DNA of 64,000 nucleotides from Bacteroidales bacterium (lineage in GTDB: Bacteria > Bacteroidota > Bacteroidia > Bacteroidales > VadinHA17): positions 587 through 64,586 of the forward strand of contig JBEKDR010000010.1 in NCBI GenBank assembly GCA_050014255.1, given 5' to 3'. This document shows positions 52,601 through 61,928 of the stretch, in pieces (position 1 is the stretch's first letter; the number at the start of each line of letters is the position of its first letter). Position numbers and translations under genes: made by a program. The notes beneath the pieces are model-generated. The model searched no databases and had not been told where the DNA came from. It worked only from the letters and a program-made list of their open reading frames with translations.

Positions 52601-55423
52601 TTAAAAAACGACATTCGCGCCAACAGTAAAGGATCTGGTTCTGGGCCATGAGTCCATTCTGTCTATACCCGGAACCAGAGGAGTATATGCAGAATATTCA
52701 CTATCTCCATATCTGGGATTTGGATCCGATCCTTTGTATTTTGTGATGTAGAACAAATTATTGCCGGCAAGATACACCCTGATTTTACTGATTTGGGAGT
52801 TTTCAGGTAATCTGAAGCTATAGCCCAAACTAAAGTTATCAAGGGATACAAATGATGCATTCTCAATATCTGTGCTCGAAAACATTTGACCGGCAAACAC
52901 CTGGTTTGTCGTAGTTATCATATTAGCAGCTGTTTTTGGAACGTTATATGAAATGATCAGATTTGGCGATTCATAAAGAGCCCTGAAGGAATTGATCAGA
53001 TCATGACCGAAAACTCCGCGGAAGAATACATTTAAATCCCAGTTTTTATAGGTTACCATATTGCCGAATCCAATGAGGAATTTCGGCAAACCGTTGCCAA
53101 CGACCGTCAAGTCTCTCTGATCAATATATCCGTCATTATTCTGATCTACAAGGATCAGATTTCCTGATTCATCGATACCCTTGAAAACCAATGCCTGTAT
53201 TTGTCCTATTGGTTTACCCTCCTCAACTTTTATCAGTTCATCATTGCGGCCCGGCAGGAATCCCATCTGCTGGGTCCCAAAGTCCAGAGCTTCTCCATTA
53301 TAATTTTCTGAAAGGGAAACCAGAATATTTTTTGAATTGTATGAAGGTGATAAGGTTATACTATATGACAAATCTGATTTCCTGATCACGTTATAATTCA
53401 GAGTTAATTCAAGGCCACTGCTTCTTATTTTTCCAATATTAAGCCAGATCTCATTAGTAACGTTTGGCGGGGCTGATACAAAACATTGATATAATATATC
53501 TGAAGCTGTTTGAACATATACATCAAATGAACCGGTAAGCCTTGATTTGAAAAGTGAAAAATCTATACCGGCATCAAATTCACTTTTCTTTTCCCATTTA
53601 AGGTCTGGATTTGCATTTCTTGAAGGAAAATATTCAGGAATATGTGAACCTTGATATAAAAAGGTGTAATAGTCATACAATTGATAGTTAATTGGATGCT
53701 CCAGGATTTGCAGTGACAGGTAACTGTCTTTTGGTTGATTTCCTGTTATTCCATAATCCATACGAAATTTGAGGTTATCAATAAAACTGATGTTTTTAGC
53801 TATGTTCACGCCTGTTCCAAAAGCCGGGAATAATCCCCATTTATTGTTCGCTCCAAACCTTGATGAACCTTCATTTCTAAGACTGGCAGTTGCAAACCAC
53901 CTGTTGTTGAAGTTCAGGTTTACCCTTCCAAAAAATGCTGCCAGTTTATTTGAGTTTTTATAGCTTGTGATTGTTCCTTTTCCATTTTTAAACTCCTGGG
54001 CTGCACCAAGATTATTAAAAGAAAAGGCATCGGTGAGGAAATCACCGCCCTGTGCAGAAAAACCTTCATTGGTAAAATCCTGGTAAGAGTAACCACCCAT
54101 AAGGTTGAGGTTCAGGTTAAGGTTGAGGTTAAGAGGGGAGTTTATTTCTTTGTTAAATTGAGCGGTTGATTCAAAAAGACGGCTCAAGGAATTATCTTCC
54201 TGCCTCGAAGCTAAACCATTTCTGTTCATGCCACCCCAATAATCATTCTTACCAAAATACTGTCCTCCTAATTCACCACTGGTCTGAACGGAATAAAATG
54301 CATCAACATTTAATCCTTTTAGGATTTCATAAGTGGCTTTCAGGGAGAGGTTCAATATTCTGCTTTTTCCTTCAGATTTATTTTCCTCTGCAATTGAAAC
54401 CGGGTTATAATAATCCCATATTATCTGTTGAAAATAACCATCGTATTTTACAAATTCCGGATCACTGCTTCTGACCGGAGCCGTTGGATTGTATATTGAA
54501 GCATAGGTAAATGCATCGGCAAAACCATATTTTGATTCTCTCTGTGTTGTCCCCATGTTCAGATCAAGAATGAACTTATCATTTAATGCCTTTTGTGTGA
54601 TATTAATTCTTCCGTTAAACTGATCATATCCCGTATTGATCATAATGCCATTTCCGCTGCGGTAATTGATTGAAGCACGGTAACTTGTCTTATCAGTCCC
54701 GCCTGACATTGAAATATTATGCACCTGCGACAATGCTGTCTGTTCTATTTCCTTAAACCAGTCAGTACTGGTTCCATAATCTGTTCCAATACCTGTTTTC
54801 GCGGACAATGCCCTCCATTCTTTTGCAGTCATTGAAGGATTATTTTTAGCAACCATTTCTGCGGATGAATAGACATTATACTCTATGACAGTTTTTCCCG
54901 GCTTTCCTCTTCTTGTTGAAACCAGAATAACACCACCGGAACCTCTTGTTCCATAGATAGCAGCAGCAGAAGCATCCTTTAGAACGTCAATGGATTCAAT
55001 ATCTTCCGGATCAACATTATTGAGAGATGCATCAATCACTCCATCTACAATAATAAGAGGCGAGAGATTTCCAAAAATCGTATTCAGGCCTCTCAGGCGT
55101 ACTTCAAAAGTTCCGTTTGGGTCACCACCCGGCTTATTGATAGATAATCCGGCCACTTTGCCCTGGATCAGTTGAAGCGGGTTTTGGATATTTCCTTTAT
55201 TAAACTCATCTCTGTTCAAAGAAGCTATGGAACTTGTAATTTCTCTTTTCTTCTGTGTGCCATAGCCAATATTCACAATTTCATCTTCGGCACTTTTTGA
55301 AGGTATTGTATCAGTAACTATCTTTTGCTGGGAGAATGCTAAGCTGAAAGCCAGGAAAAGAAGGAATAACGTTAAAGACCCTCTTCTCCAATCTCGAATT
55401 TCAGTACTCACGAAGTTAAACAT
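52601..55423 (-). CDS. SusC/RagA-like TonB-dependent outer-membrane receptor (paralog 2)
   Basis: It has the same architecture as paralogs 1 and 3. I prefer the start MFNFVSTEIRDWRRGSLTLFLLFLAFSLAFSQ (ATG at 55423), 13 nt after the stop of paralog 1. The ORF-track start at 55624 would overlap paralog 1. Confidence 0.85.
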   Translation of the reverse strand: MFNFVSTEIRDWRRGSLTLFLLFLAFSLAFSQQKIVTDTIPSKSAEDEIVNIGYGTQKKREITSSIASLNRDEFNKGNIQNPLQLIQGKVAGLSINKPGGDPNGTFEVRLRGLNTIFGNLSPLIIVDGVIDASLNNVDPEDIESIDVLKDASAAAIYGTRGSGGVILVSTRRGKPGKTVIEYNVYSSAEMVAKNNPSMTAKEWRALSAKTGIGTDYGTSTDWFKEIEQTALSQVHNISMSGGTDKTSYRASINYRSGNGIMINTGYDQFNGRINITQKALNDKFILDLNMGTTQRESKYGFADAFTYASIYNPTAPVRSSDPEFVKYDGYFQQIIWDYYNPVSIAEENKSEGKSRILNLSLKATYEILKGLNVDAFYSVQTSGELGGQYFGKNDYWGGMNRNGLASRQEDNSLSRLFESTAQFNKEINSPLNLNLNLNLNLMGGYSYQDFTNEGFSAQGGDFLTDAFSFNNLGAAQEFKNGKGTITSYKNSNKLAAFFGRVNLNFNNRWFATASLRNEGSSRFGANNKWGLFPAFGTGVNIAKNISFIDNLKFRMDYGITGNQPKDSYLSLQILEHPINYQLYDYYTFLYQGSHIPEYFPSRNANPDLKWEKKSEFDAGIDFSLFKSRLTGSFDVYVQTASDILYQCFVSAPPNVTNEIWLNIGKIRSSGLELTLNYNVIRKSDLSYSITLSPSYNSKNILVSLSENYNGEALDFGTQQMGFLPGRNDELIKVEEGKPIGQIQALVFKGIDESGNLILVDQNNDGYIDQRDLTVVGNGLPKFLIGFGNMVTYKNWDLNVFFRGVFGHDLINSFRALYESPNLIISYNVPKTAANMITTTNQVFAGQMFSSTDIENASFVSLDNFSLGYSFRLPENSQISKIRVYLAGNNLFYITKYKGSDPNPRYGDSEYSAYTPLVPGIDRMDSWPRTRSFTVGANVVF

Positions 55424-55436
55424 GATAGAGAATTTA

Positions 55437-58352
55437 TTAAAAAACAACATTCGCGCCAACAGTAAAGGATCTGGTTCTGGGCCATTCTGTCCTTCTGTCG
55501 ATACCCGGAGCAAGGGTAGGTGTACCATTAAGAGTTCCATAGTAATAGTTTTCGCTATCCACATATCTGGGGTTCGGATCAGGGCCTTTGTATCTTGTAA
55601 TATAGAATAAATTGTTACCGGCAAGATATAACTTTAGCTTGCTGATTCGTGAACCCTCAGGTAAACTGAAAGTATATCCAAAACTCAGGTTGTCGAGACA
55701 AACAAATGAAGCATTCTCTACATCCAGATTAGTGACTGTTCCACCATAGGAATTCATTAGCACACCGGTTGTTGCGTTTCTCATATCCATGGCTGTCAAT
55801 GGCAGGTTGTACGTACTGATAAAACTTGGTGTTTCATAAAAAGCGCGGTAAGAATTGATTAGGGAATGTCCTGTTATACCGCGAAAGAAAAGGTTAAGAT
55901 CCCAGTTCCTGTAAGTTATCATATTTCCAAATCCGAAAAGAGATTTTGGCAAACCATTTCCAGTCACAATCCTGTCTCTGGAATCTTGATATCCATCATT
56001 GTTTTCATCTACAACTACCAGGTTGCCAGTTTCATCAATTTCCTTGAAAACATAACCCAGCAGCTGCCCGATCGGCTTACCTTCCTGCAATAATACCAAA
56101 GACTGCTGACCCATCCCAGGTGATCCCATATCTGCAATTTCCTGCCTTCCAAAATTTAAATCTGTGCCGTTATAGTTGCCTGACAGAGATACCAGAGTAT
56201 TTTCTGAGCAGTGTGAATAGTTAAAGGATATATTATAAGAGAAATGTGATTTCTTAATTATATTATAATCAAGAGTAAACTCCATACCATGACTTTTTAT
56301 AATGCCTGTATTAATCCATACCTGGGGATAAAAGTAATCCCCGGGTACGGAGTACATGAATATCAAATCAGATGCTTTCCGGGTGTATAGATCAAATGAT
56401 CCGGTTAACCTTGAATTGAAGAGTGAAAAATCCAGGCCAATATCAAATTCTCTGTTCTTTTCGCTTTTAAGATCAGGATTTGCATCAAGGCCAACTCCAT
56501 ATAACGGAATAGATTGACCATTGTAATAGATATTGCCCATCTGATCGTAATGTTCCATTGACAGATAGCTCTCTGATGGCTGATTTCCGGTTATGCCATA
56601 ATCAACCCTCAATTTCAGGTTGTTTAAAGAAGTGACATTTATTAGTTTAGAAAAATCTAATGTAGTTCCCAAAGCGGGAAACAAACCCCATTTATGTGCC
56701 GAACCTAGCCGTGATGATCCTTCATACCTGGCACTTGCAGAAATAAACCAAAGATTATTGAAATTCAGGTTAATTCTTCCGAAAAATGCACTAAGCCTGT
56801 TTGAATTTTTATAACTGTTAAGAGTGCCTGTGCCATTCTTGAAATCAAGGGCAGCCGCAAGGTTATTAAAAGAAAAAGCGTCTGTCAGGAAGTCTCCTCC
56901 CTGTGCCGAAAAACCCTCATTGGTAAAATCCTGGTAAGAGTAACCACCCATAAGGTTGAGGTTGAGGTTAAGAGGGGAGTTTATTTCTTTGTTAAATTGA
57001 GCGGTCGATTCAAAAAGCCGGCTTGAAGAATTATCCTGCTGCCTTGATGCTGAACCGTTAGGGTTGTAATAATAATTGTTGCCGCCACCCCATAGATCGT
57101 ACCTGCTGTAATACTGACCACTTAATAAACCATTACTCTGAACAGAATAGAACGCATCAACGTTCAACCCTTTGAGAATTTCATAAGTGCCTTTCAATGA
57201 CATATTTAAAATTCTGTTTTTCCCTTCATTTTTATCTTCCCTGGCAATCTGAACCGGGTTATAATAGTCGAAGTAAGGCTTCTGAAAATAACCATCATAT
57301 TTTGAAAATTCAGGATCATCGCTTTTTACAGGAGAAGTAGGATTGTAGATAGAAGCATAGCGAAATGCTTCAGCAAAACCATATTGCGATTCCCGTTGGG
57401 TAGCCCTCAGGTCAATATCCAGAGTAAACTTACCGTTCATCGCCTTTTGCTTAATATTAATCCTCCCGTTAAGCTGATTGTATCCTGTGTTTATCAGAAC
57501 CCCGTTTCCCGTACGATAGTTAACCGAAGCATAATAACTTGTTTTATCATTCCCACCCGACATCGATATATTATGTGCCTGAGAGAGAGCTGTCTGTTCT
57601 ATCTCCCTGAACCAGTTTGTATTTGATCCGAAATCTGTTCCCATACCCATCTCTGCAGACAATGACCTCCACTGTGTTGCATTCATTACAGGTTCATTTT
57701 TTGCAACTATTTCTGCAGTTGCATAAACATTGTATTCAATTTGAGTTTTGCCAGCTTTCCCCTTTTTTGTTGTTACCAGAATTACACCTCCTGACCCTCT
57801 TACTCCATAAATTGCTGAAGCAGAAGCATCTTTTAACACGACGAAGGATGCAATATCGTTGGGATCTACATTATCAAGAGATGCTCCCGCTGCACCATCA
57901 ATGACAATCAGGGGACCGTCAATCCCTGCTATAGTATTCATCCCTCTCATACGCAGATAATAAGATCCGTTCAGGTCACCTCCATATTTATTTATGGATA
58001 ATCCGGCCACCCTGCCCTGGATCAGCTGTATCGGATCGTTTATATTCCCTTTGTTGAACTGGTCAGACATAACCCTTGTTATTGAACCGGTAACTTCTCT
58101 TTGCTTCAATGTGCCATATCCAATATTCACAACTTCACCTGGGGTTTTGACTAAAAGGCTATCGATGTTGAGAGATCTCTCAGATTCAGAAGTTGTTTTG
58201 GCACCAATGGTTTTTTCCTGAGCAATGGCTAAACCTATTGCGATATAAATGAGTAGAAATGTTAATAGATAACTTCTCCAATTATTTCTCCAGGCAACCA
58301 TTTTAGCTAGGCGTTTCAAGACAGTAGAACAAAAAGATTCTGGCAACTTCAA
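55437..58352 (-). CDS. SusC/RagA-like TonB-dependent outer-membrane receptor (paralog 1)
   Basis: 971 aa (or 954 aa from the ATG at 58301, MVAWRNNW). It has the same plug and barrel motifs and ends EWPRTRSFTVGANVVF. Confidence 0.85.
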   Translation of the reverse strand: MKLPESFCSTVLKRLAKMVAWRNNWRSYLLTFLLIYIAIGLAIAQEKTIGAKTTSESERSLNIDSLLVKTPGEVVNIGYGTLKQREVTGSITRVMSDQFNKGNINDPIQLIQGRVAGLSINKYGGDLNGSYYLRMRGMNTIAGIDGPLIVIDGAAGASLDNVDPNDIASFVVLKDASASAIYGVRGSGGVILVTTKKGKAGKTQIEYNVYATAEIVAKNEPVMNATQWRSLSAEMGMGTDFGSNTNWFREIEQTALSQAHNISMSGGNDKTSYYASVNYRTGNGVLINTGYNQLNGRINIKQKAMNGKFTLDIDLRATQRESQYGFAEAFRYASIYNPTSPVKSDDPEFSKYDGYFQKPYFDYYNPVQIAREDKNEGKNRILNMSLKGTYEILKGLNVDAFYSVQSNGLLSGQYYSRYDLWGGGNNYYYNPNGSASRQQDNSSSRLFESTAQFNKEINSPLNLNLNLMGGYSYQDFTNEGFSAQGGDFLTDAFSFNNLAAALDFKNGTGTLNSYKNSNRLSAFFGRINLNFNNLWFISASARYEGSSRLGSAHKWGLFPALGTTLDFSKLINVTSLNNLKLRVDYGITGNQPSESYLSMEHYDQMGNIYYNGQSIPLYGVGLDANPDLKSEKNREFDIGLDFSLFNSRLTGSFDLYTRKASDLIFMYSVPGDYFYPQVWINTGIIKSHGMEFTLDYNIIKKSHFSYNISFNYSHCSENTLVSLSGNYNGTDLNFGRQEIADMGSPGMGQQSLVLLQEGKPIGQLLGYVFKEIDETGNLVVVDENNDGYQDSRDRIVTGNGLPKSLFGFGNMITYRNWDLNLFFRGITGHSLINSYRAFYETPSFISTYNLPLTAMDMRNATTGVLMNSYGGTVTNLDVENASFVCLDNLSFGYTFSLPEGSRISKLKLYLAGNNLFYITRYKGPDPNPRYVDSENYYYGTLNGTPTLAPGIDRRTEWPRTRSFTVGANVVF

Positions 58353-58507
58353 TTACTAAAAATACATTAATTATTAGTAGAAAACAATAGAAAGCTACCA
58401 CTTCTTTCTTCGCCACAAAGACGCCAAGGCGCGAAGAATCATCGAGCATAAGTATTGATTCCTGTTCTTTCTTGTTTTTGCGAAAGACGTTCTGCTGAAC
58501 CCCGGGG

Positions 58508-58539
58508 ATTCCTCATCCGCCAGCCGGCGGATTCGGAAT
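58508..58539 (-). terminator. Candidate stem-loop (ATTCC-TC-ATCCGCC / loop / GGCGGAT-TC-GGAAT) downstream of the FG-GAP gene
   Basis: A perfect 7-bp stem lies at 58515-58532 with a 4-nt loop, extended by a 5-bp outer stem. It sits ~70 nt after the stop at 58608 in the direction of transcription. A CCCCGGGG palindrome is adjacent, and there is no clear U-tract. Confidence 0.3.
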
Positions 58540-58607
58540 TTATCTTGATTTATTCAGGCAGGTTTGTGCCCTGGTTCCAATGAAAATAAAGTTGAATTTT
58601 TCTCTGA

Positions 58608-61600
58608 TTACTTCAGGATTTGGAAAACCTGCAGTTCTCCGTTATTAACTGCAGCTATTATGTAATGTTTTCCTGCTATGTCGATCGGAACTAACTTCCT
58701 TGCATCGCCAACAATTTTTAATCCGCTTTTTAACGGCATGAGCGCTTTGAATCTATTATCTGCCTCACCCAGTAAACACCAGCCATAACTGGCATCATAA
58801 CGTCCATAAGATGGTCTGACGGCATAATCATTTCCTGCCAGAACCAGGTCCTGCTTTCCATCCTTGTTAATATCCCTGACCAGGATATTGCGAACCGGTG
58901 AGAATTGTGCTTCAATGGGAAGCTTATAAGGTTTAAAAGTTCCGTTTCCATTATTCAGGAACAGACAACTTTCAAACATTACAGCTTTTTTTACTGTGGA
59001 TTGGTCAATCATCTTCTTACCGAAAATATCCTTTACCGTTTTGCCCCCGAAATCAGAATAATTCGGATACTTTTTATCTAAACCAGCAATCTGGCTTGAT
59101 AGCTCATCGAGAGATGCCACCGGGTAACTAATGCCATTCTGATAAGAACAGATAACCTGATCAAGCGATCCGTTATTATCGAAATCGTTCAGGTACATTT
59201 CTACCGGCTCTTTAATTGAAGCTTTCAGGATAGAATTTAGTCCCAGATTTCCTCCAATCAGATCCATATTTCCATCACCGTCTACATCAGCAACACGAAT
59301 ACAGTTCCACCATCCCGATGTTTCATCCAGACCGGCAATATCGGTTACGTCTTTAAAATATCCTTTATCATTCCTGAATATGCATACCTTCATCCATTCG
59401 CCAACCAACACCAGATCAGGGTGTCCGTCTTTGTCCCAATCCATCCAGGCTGCATCGGTCACCATACCTATATTCTTAAAAGCCTTGATTCTGTCATCGG
59501 ATACAATCTTAAAATGACCGTATCCATCGTTTTCAAGCAGATACTGATCTGGCGATAACCCGTAAGCACCAGGTACAGATCTTGAGCCAACAAACAAATC
59601 GATGTCACCGTCACCGTCAAAGTCGCAAGGCCTGACGCATGATCCATTATGAGACATAAAAGGTAATTCTCCTTTTGTAAAAGATCCCTTTCCATCATTA
59701 ATCAGCAATAAGTCAGTAAGCAGTGGATTACCAATTGCTAGCTCATTGCCCCCCCTTACAATATAAAGATCCAGATCGCCATCTCCATCTGCATCAAAAA
59801 AGGCAGCATCCACATCATCGGCCCAACACTCTGTTTTAAGGACAGGTACATCCAAAGGACTGAAAGATCCATCCTTCTGCTGAATAAGAATCATGGCTGG
59901 CTGACCTTTTGCCCCTCCCACAAATACATCCTGTAACCCGTCTCCATTGACATCTCCAACGGCTATGGCTGGTCCTTCTGCAGACAGACTGTGCGGGATC
60001 AGTCGCTCGCGATAAAAATCAACCCAATCATCTTCTTTGTGAGTGAACTTCAGTCCTGGAATCAGGGCAGGGGAGAACAATTTTGTGTTTTCATTTTCCT
60101 TCATTTTTCCTGCAACAGGTTTCACTGCATTTTTTATTTCTAAAGTGATAGTCGTATCGGCAGGAATATTTTTAATTAGTTGTATTGAAAGATCGGGCCA
60201 GCGCACAATAATTGAATCGATCATTTTTGCCTTTCCCAATCCAAAATGCACAATGTCGGAAGTGGCAGATAAAAATCCACGCGTAGGGAATTGTTCGGCA
60301 ACCTGTTCCTGCCCGCCACTGTAAATAGTGACACGAGCTCCGATTCCACGGGTATTCATCCCTTTCCCTTTTAATGCAACTGACAGAAAATGATTGCCCG
60401 ACAGCTTTTCAGCATTGTTCCTGTATATAAATGCCGGAGCATTAATATTATTGACGATCAGATCGAGGTCACCATCATTATCTAAATCCGCATAAGTGGC
60501 TCCATTAGAATAGGAACGGGTGTTAAAACCCCATTCCCTTGCCATATTCGTAAATGTGAGATCCCCATTATTTCTATAGATATAACTTACATTTGGATAC
60601 AGTGGCATCTTTTCATATAAATCCTTGTCTGAAACTCCACTATTATCCTTTAAGGGAAAACTTCTGTTTCCGCCGGTTAAAAACTTAACATAATCCAGAT
60701 CATTTGCTCTCCTGTATATTCCGCTGGTAACAAAAAGATCTTTCCATCCATCATTATCTACGTCGCAAAACAGAGGCGACCAGCTCCAGTCAGTTGAGGA
60801 AACACCTGACAACTGTCCTATTTCACTGAACATATCTCCACCCAGATTTAGCTGCAGTGTATTACGTACAAACTGATGATTATAACCATATTTTAATTTC
60901 AATTCAGAGAGCTCATAGTCATCTTCTCCTCCTGATTGTTTCCGGATTTTTTCATCATCCGGTAACATATCGAGCACCATCACATCCAAAAGGCCATCGT
61001 TATTAATATCTCCGACATCATTGCCCATTGATGATCTGCTTGTATGCGCAATAAAATCTGTCAGTCGCTCTGAAAAAGTGCCATTGCCATTGTTGATATA
61101 GAGATAGTCATTCTCGTGGAAATCATTTGATACATAAATATCGGGAAGACCATCATTGTTAATGTCGCAAATATTTACCCCGAGACCGTAACCAATCTGG
61201 CTGCTGTAAATACCCGCTTCCCTTGAAACATCGTGAAACACATGCCTACCATTTACGACATCATTTCTGAATAACCTGCCGCCGGCGAGAGAATCGCGAT
61301 CTGATCGCAAAGATACATTTCCATAACTACGTGATGTATGTACCGAATGGTTGAGAAGGTACATATCAAGATCTCCGTCCATATCATAATCAAAGAAAGC
61401 TGCCTGTGTGGAAAAACCCTGAAAATCAAGTCCATAATCATGTGCTTCATCTTTGAAGGTCAGGTTACCCTGATTAATAAAGAGTTGGTTTTTACCATGA
61501 AAGTTTTTGTATTTTCCTACCTCACAAACGTAAATATCCAATAATCCGTCACCATTTACATCTGCCATTGTAACACCGGTCTTCCAATCACCGGTTCCGG

Positions 61601-61919
61601 CTACTCCCGCAGCATCGGTGATATCCTCAAATTTAAGGCCTCCCTTGTTAAGGTATAATTTATTTGGTCCCTGATTTGAGGTAAAATATAAATCTATCAG
61701 GCCATCATTATTAATGTCTCCGGCTGCAACACCTCCACCGTTATTGAAGTACAGGTATTCAATGATGTTAGACTGGTCTGTTTCTGTGAGCTGGTTTTTA
61801 AAATCGACGTGAGTGGAGAAGGGGGGAAGCAAAGTAAACAACTGGTCCTTTTTCCCCTTCTCAGGTTTACAGGCAAACGCCAATAGTAATACGGGAATAA
61901 TTAGAGCAGATTTTTTCAT
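58608..61919 (-). CDS. FG-GAP/VCBS-repeat lipoprotein with ASPIC/UnbV domain (CRTAC1-like)
   Basis: 1103 aa. It has the lipobox LLAFAC, many DxDxDGxxD FG-GAP calcium motifs (DINNDGLIDLY, DVNGDGLLDIY...) and a central GIGARVTIYSGGQEQVAEQFPTRGFLSATSDIVHFGLG (UnbV/ASPIC). Confidence 0.85.
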   Translation of the reverse strand: MKKSALIIPVLLLAFACKPEKGKKDQLFTLLPPFSTHVDFKNQLTETDQSNIIEYLYFNNGGGVAAGDINNDGLIDLYFTSNQGPNKLYLNKGGLKFEDITDAAGVAGTGDWKTGVTMADVNGDGLLDIYVCEVGKYKNFHGKNQLFINQGNLTFKDEAHDYGLDFQGFSTQAAFFDYDMDGDLDMYLLNHSVHTSRSYGNVSLRSDRDSLAGGRLFRNDVVNGRHVFHDVSREAGIYSSQIGYGLGVNICDINNDGLPDIYVSNDFHENDYLYINNGNGTFSERLTDFIAHTSRSSMGNDVGDINNDGLLDVMVLDMLPDDEKIRKQSGGEDDYELSELKLKYGYNHQFVRNTLQLNLGGDMFSEIGQLSGVSSTDWSWSPLFCDVDNDGWKDLFVTSGIYRRANDLDYVKFLTGGNRSFPLKDNSGVSDKDLYEKMPLYPNVSYIYRNNGDLTFTNMAREWGFNTRSYSNGATYADLDNDGDLDLIVNNINAPAFIYRNNAEKLSGNHFLSVALKGKGMNTRGIGARVTIYSGGQEQVAEQFPTRGFLSATSDIVHFGLGKAKMIDSIIVRWPDLSIQLIKNIPADTTITLEIKNAVKPVAGKMKENENTKLFSPALIPGLKFTHKEDDWVDFYRERLIPHSLSAEGPAIAVGDVNGDGLQDVFVGGAKGQPAMILIQQKDGSFSPLDVPVLKTECWADDVDAAFFDADGDGDLDLYIVRGGNELAIGNPLLTDLLLINDGKGSFTKGELPFMSHNGSCVRPCDFDGDGDIDLFVGSRSVPGAYGLSPDQYLLENDGYGHFKIVSDDRIKAFKNIGMVTDAAWMDWDKDGHPDLVLVGEWMKVCIFRNDKGYFKDVTDIAGLDETSGWWNCIRVADVDGDGNMDLIGGNLGLNSILKASIKEPVEMYLNDFDNNGSLDQVICSYQNGISYPVASLDELSSQIAGLDKKYPNYSDFGGKTVKDIFGKKMIDQSTVKKAVMFESCLFLNNGNGTFKPYKLPIEAQFSPVRNILVRDINKDGKQDLVLAGNDYAVRPSYGRYDASYGWCLLGEADNRFKALMPLKSGLKIVGDARKLVPIDIAGKHYIIAAVNNGELQVFQILK

Positions 61920-61928
61920 AAGAAAGCT

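Noticed and set aside
55424-55624. N-terminal 67-aa extension of SusC paralog 2 given by the ORF track (start at 55624)
   Set aside because: The extension overlaps the 3' end of paralog 1 and has no signal-peptide character. The Met at 55423 is followed by a typical signal peptide and aligns with the N-termini of the paralogs.
58557-58563. ACCTGCC (minus strand), resembling the 3' end of the cobalamin-riboswitch B12 box, upstream of a TonB-dependent receptor
   Set aside because: It lies only ~50 nt after the preceding stop codon. None of the upstream conserved riboswitch elements (GGAA..GGUG..AAUCC, GCCACUG) are present before it. A 7-nt match is expected by chance.
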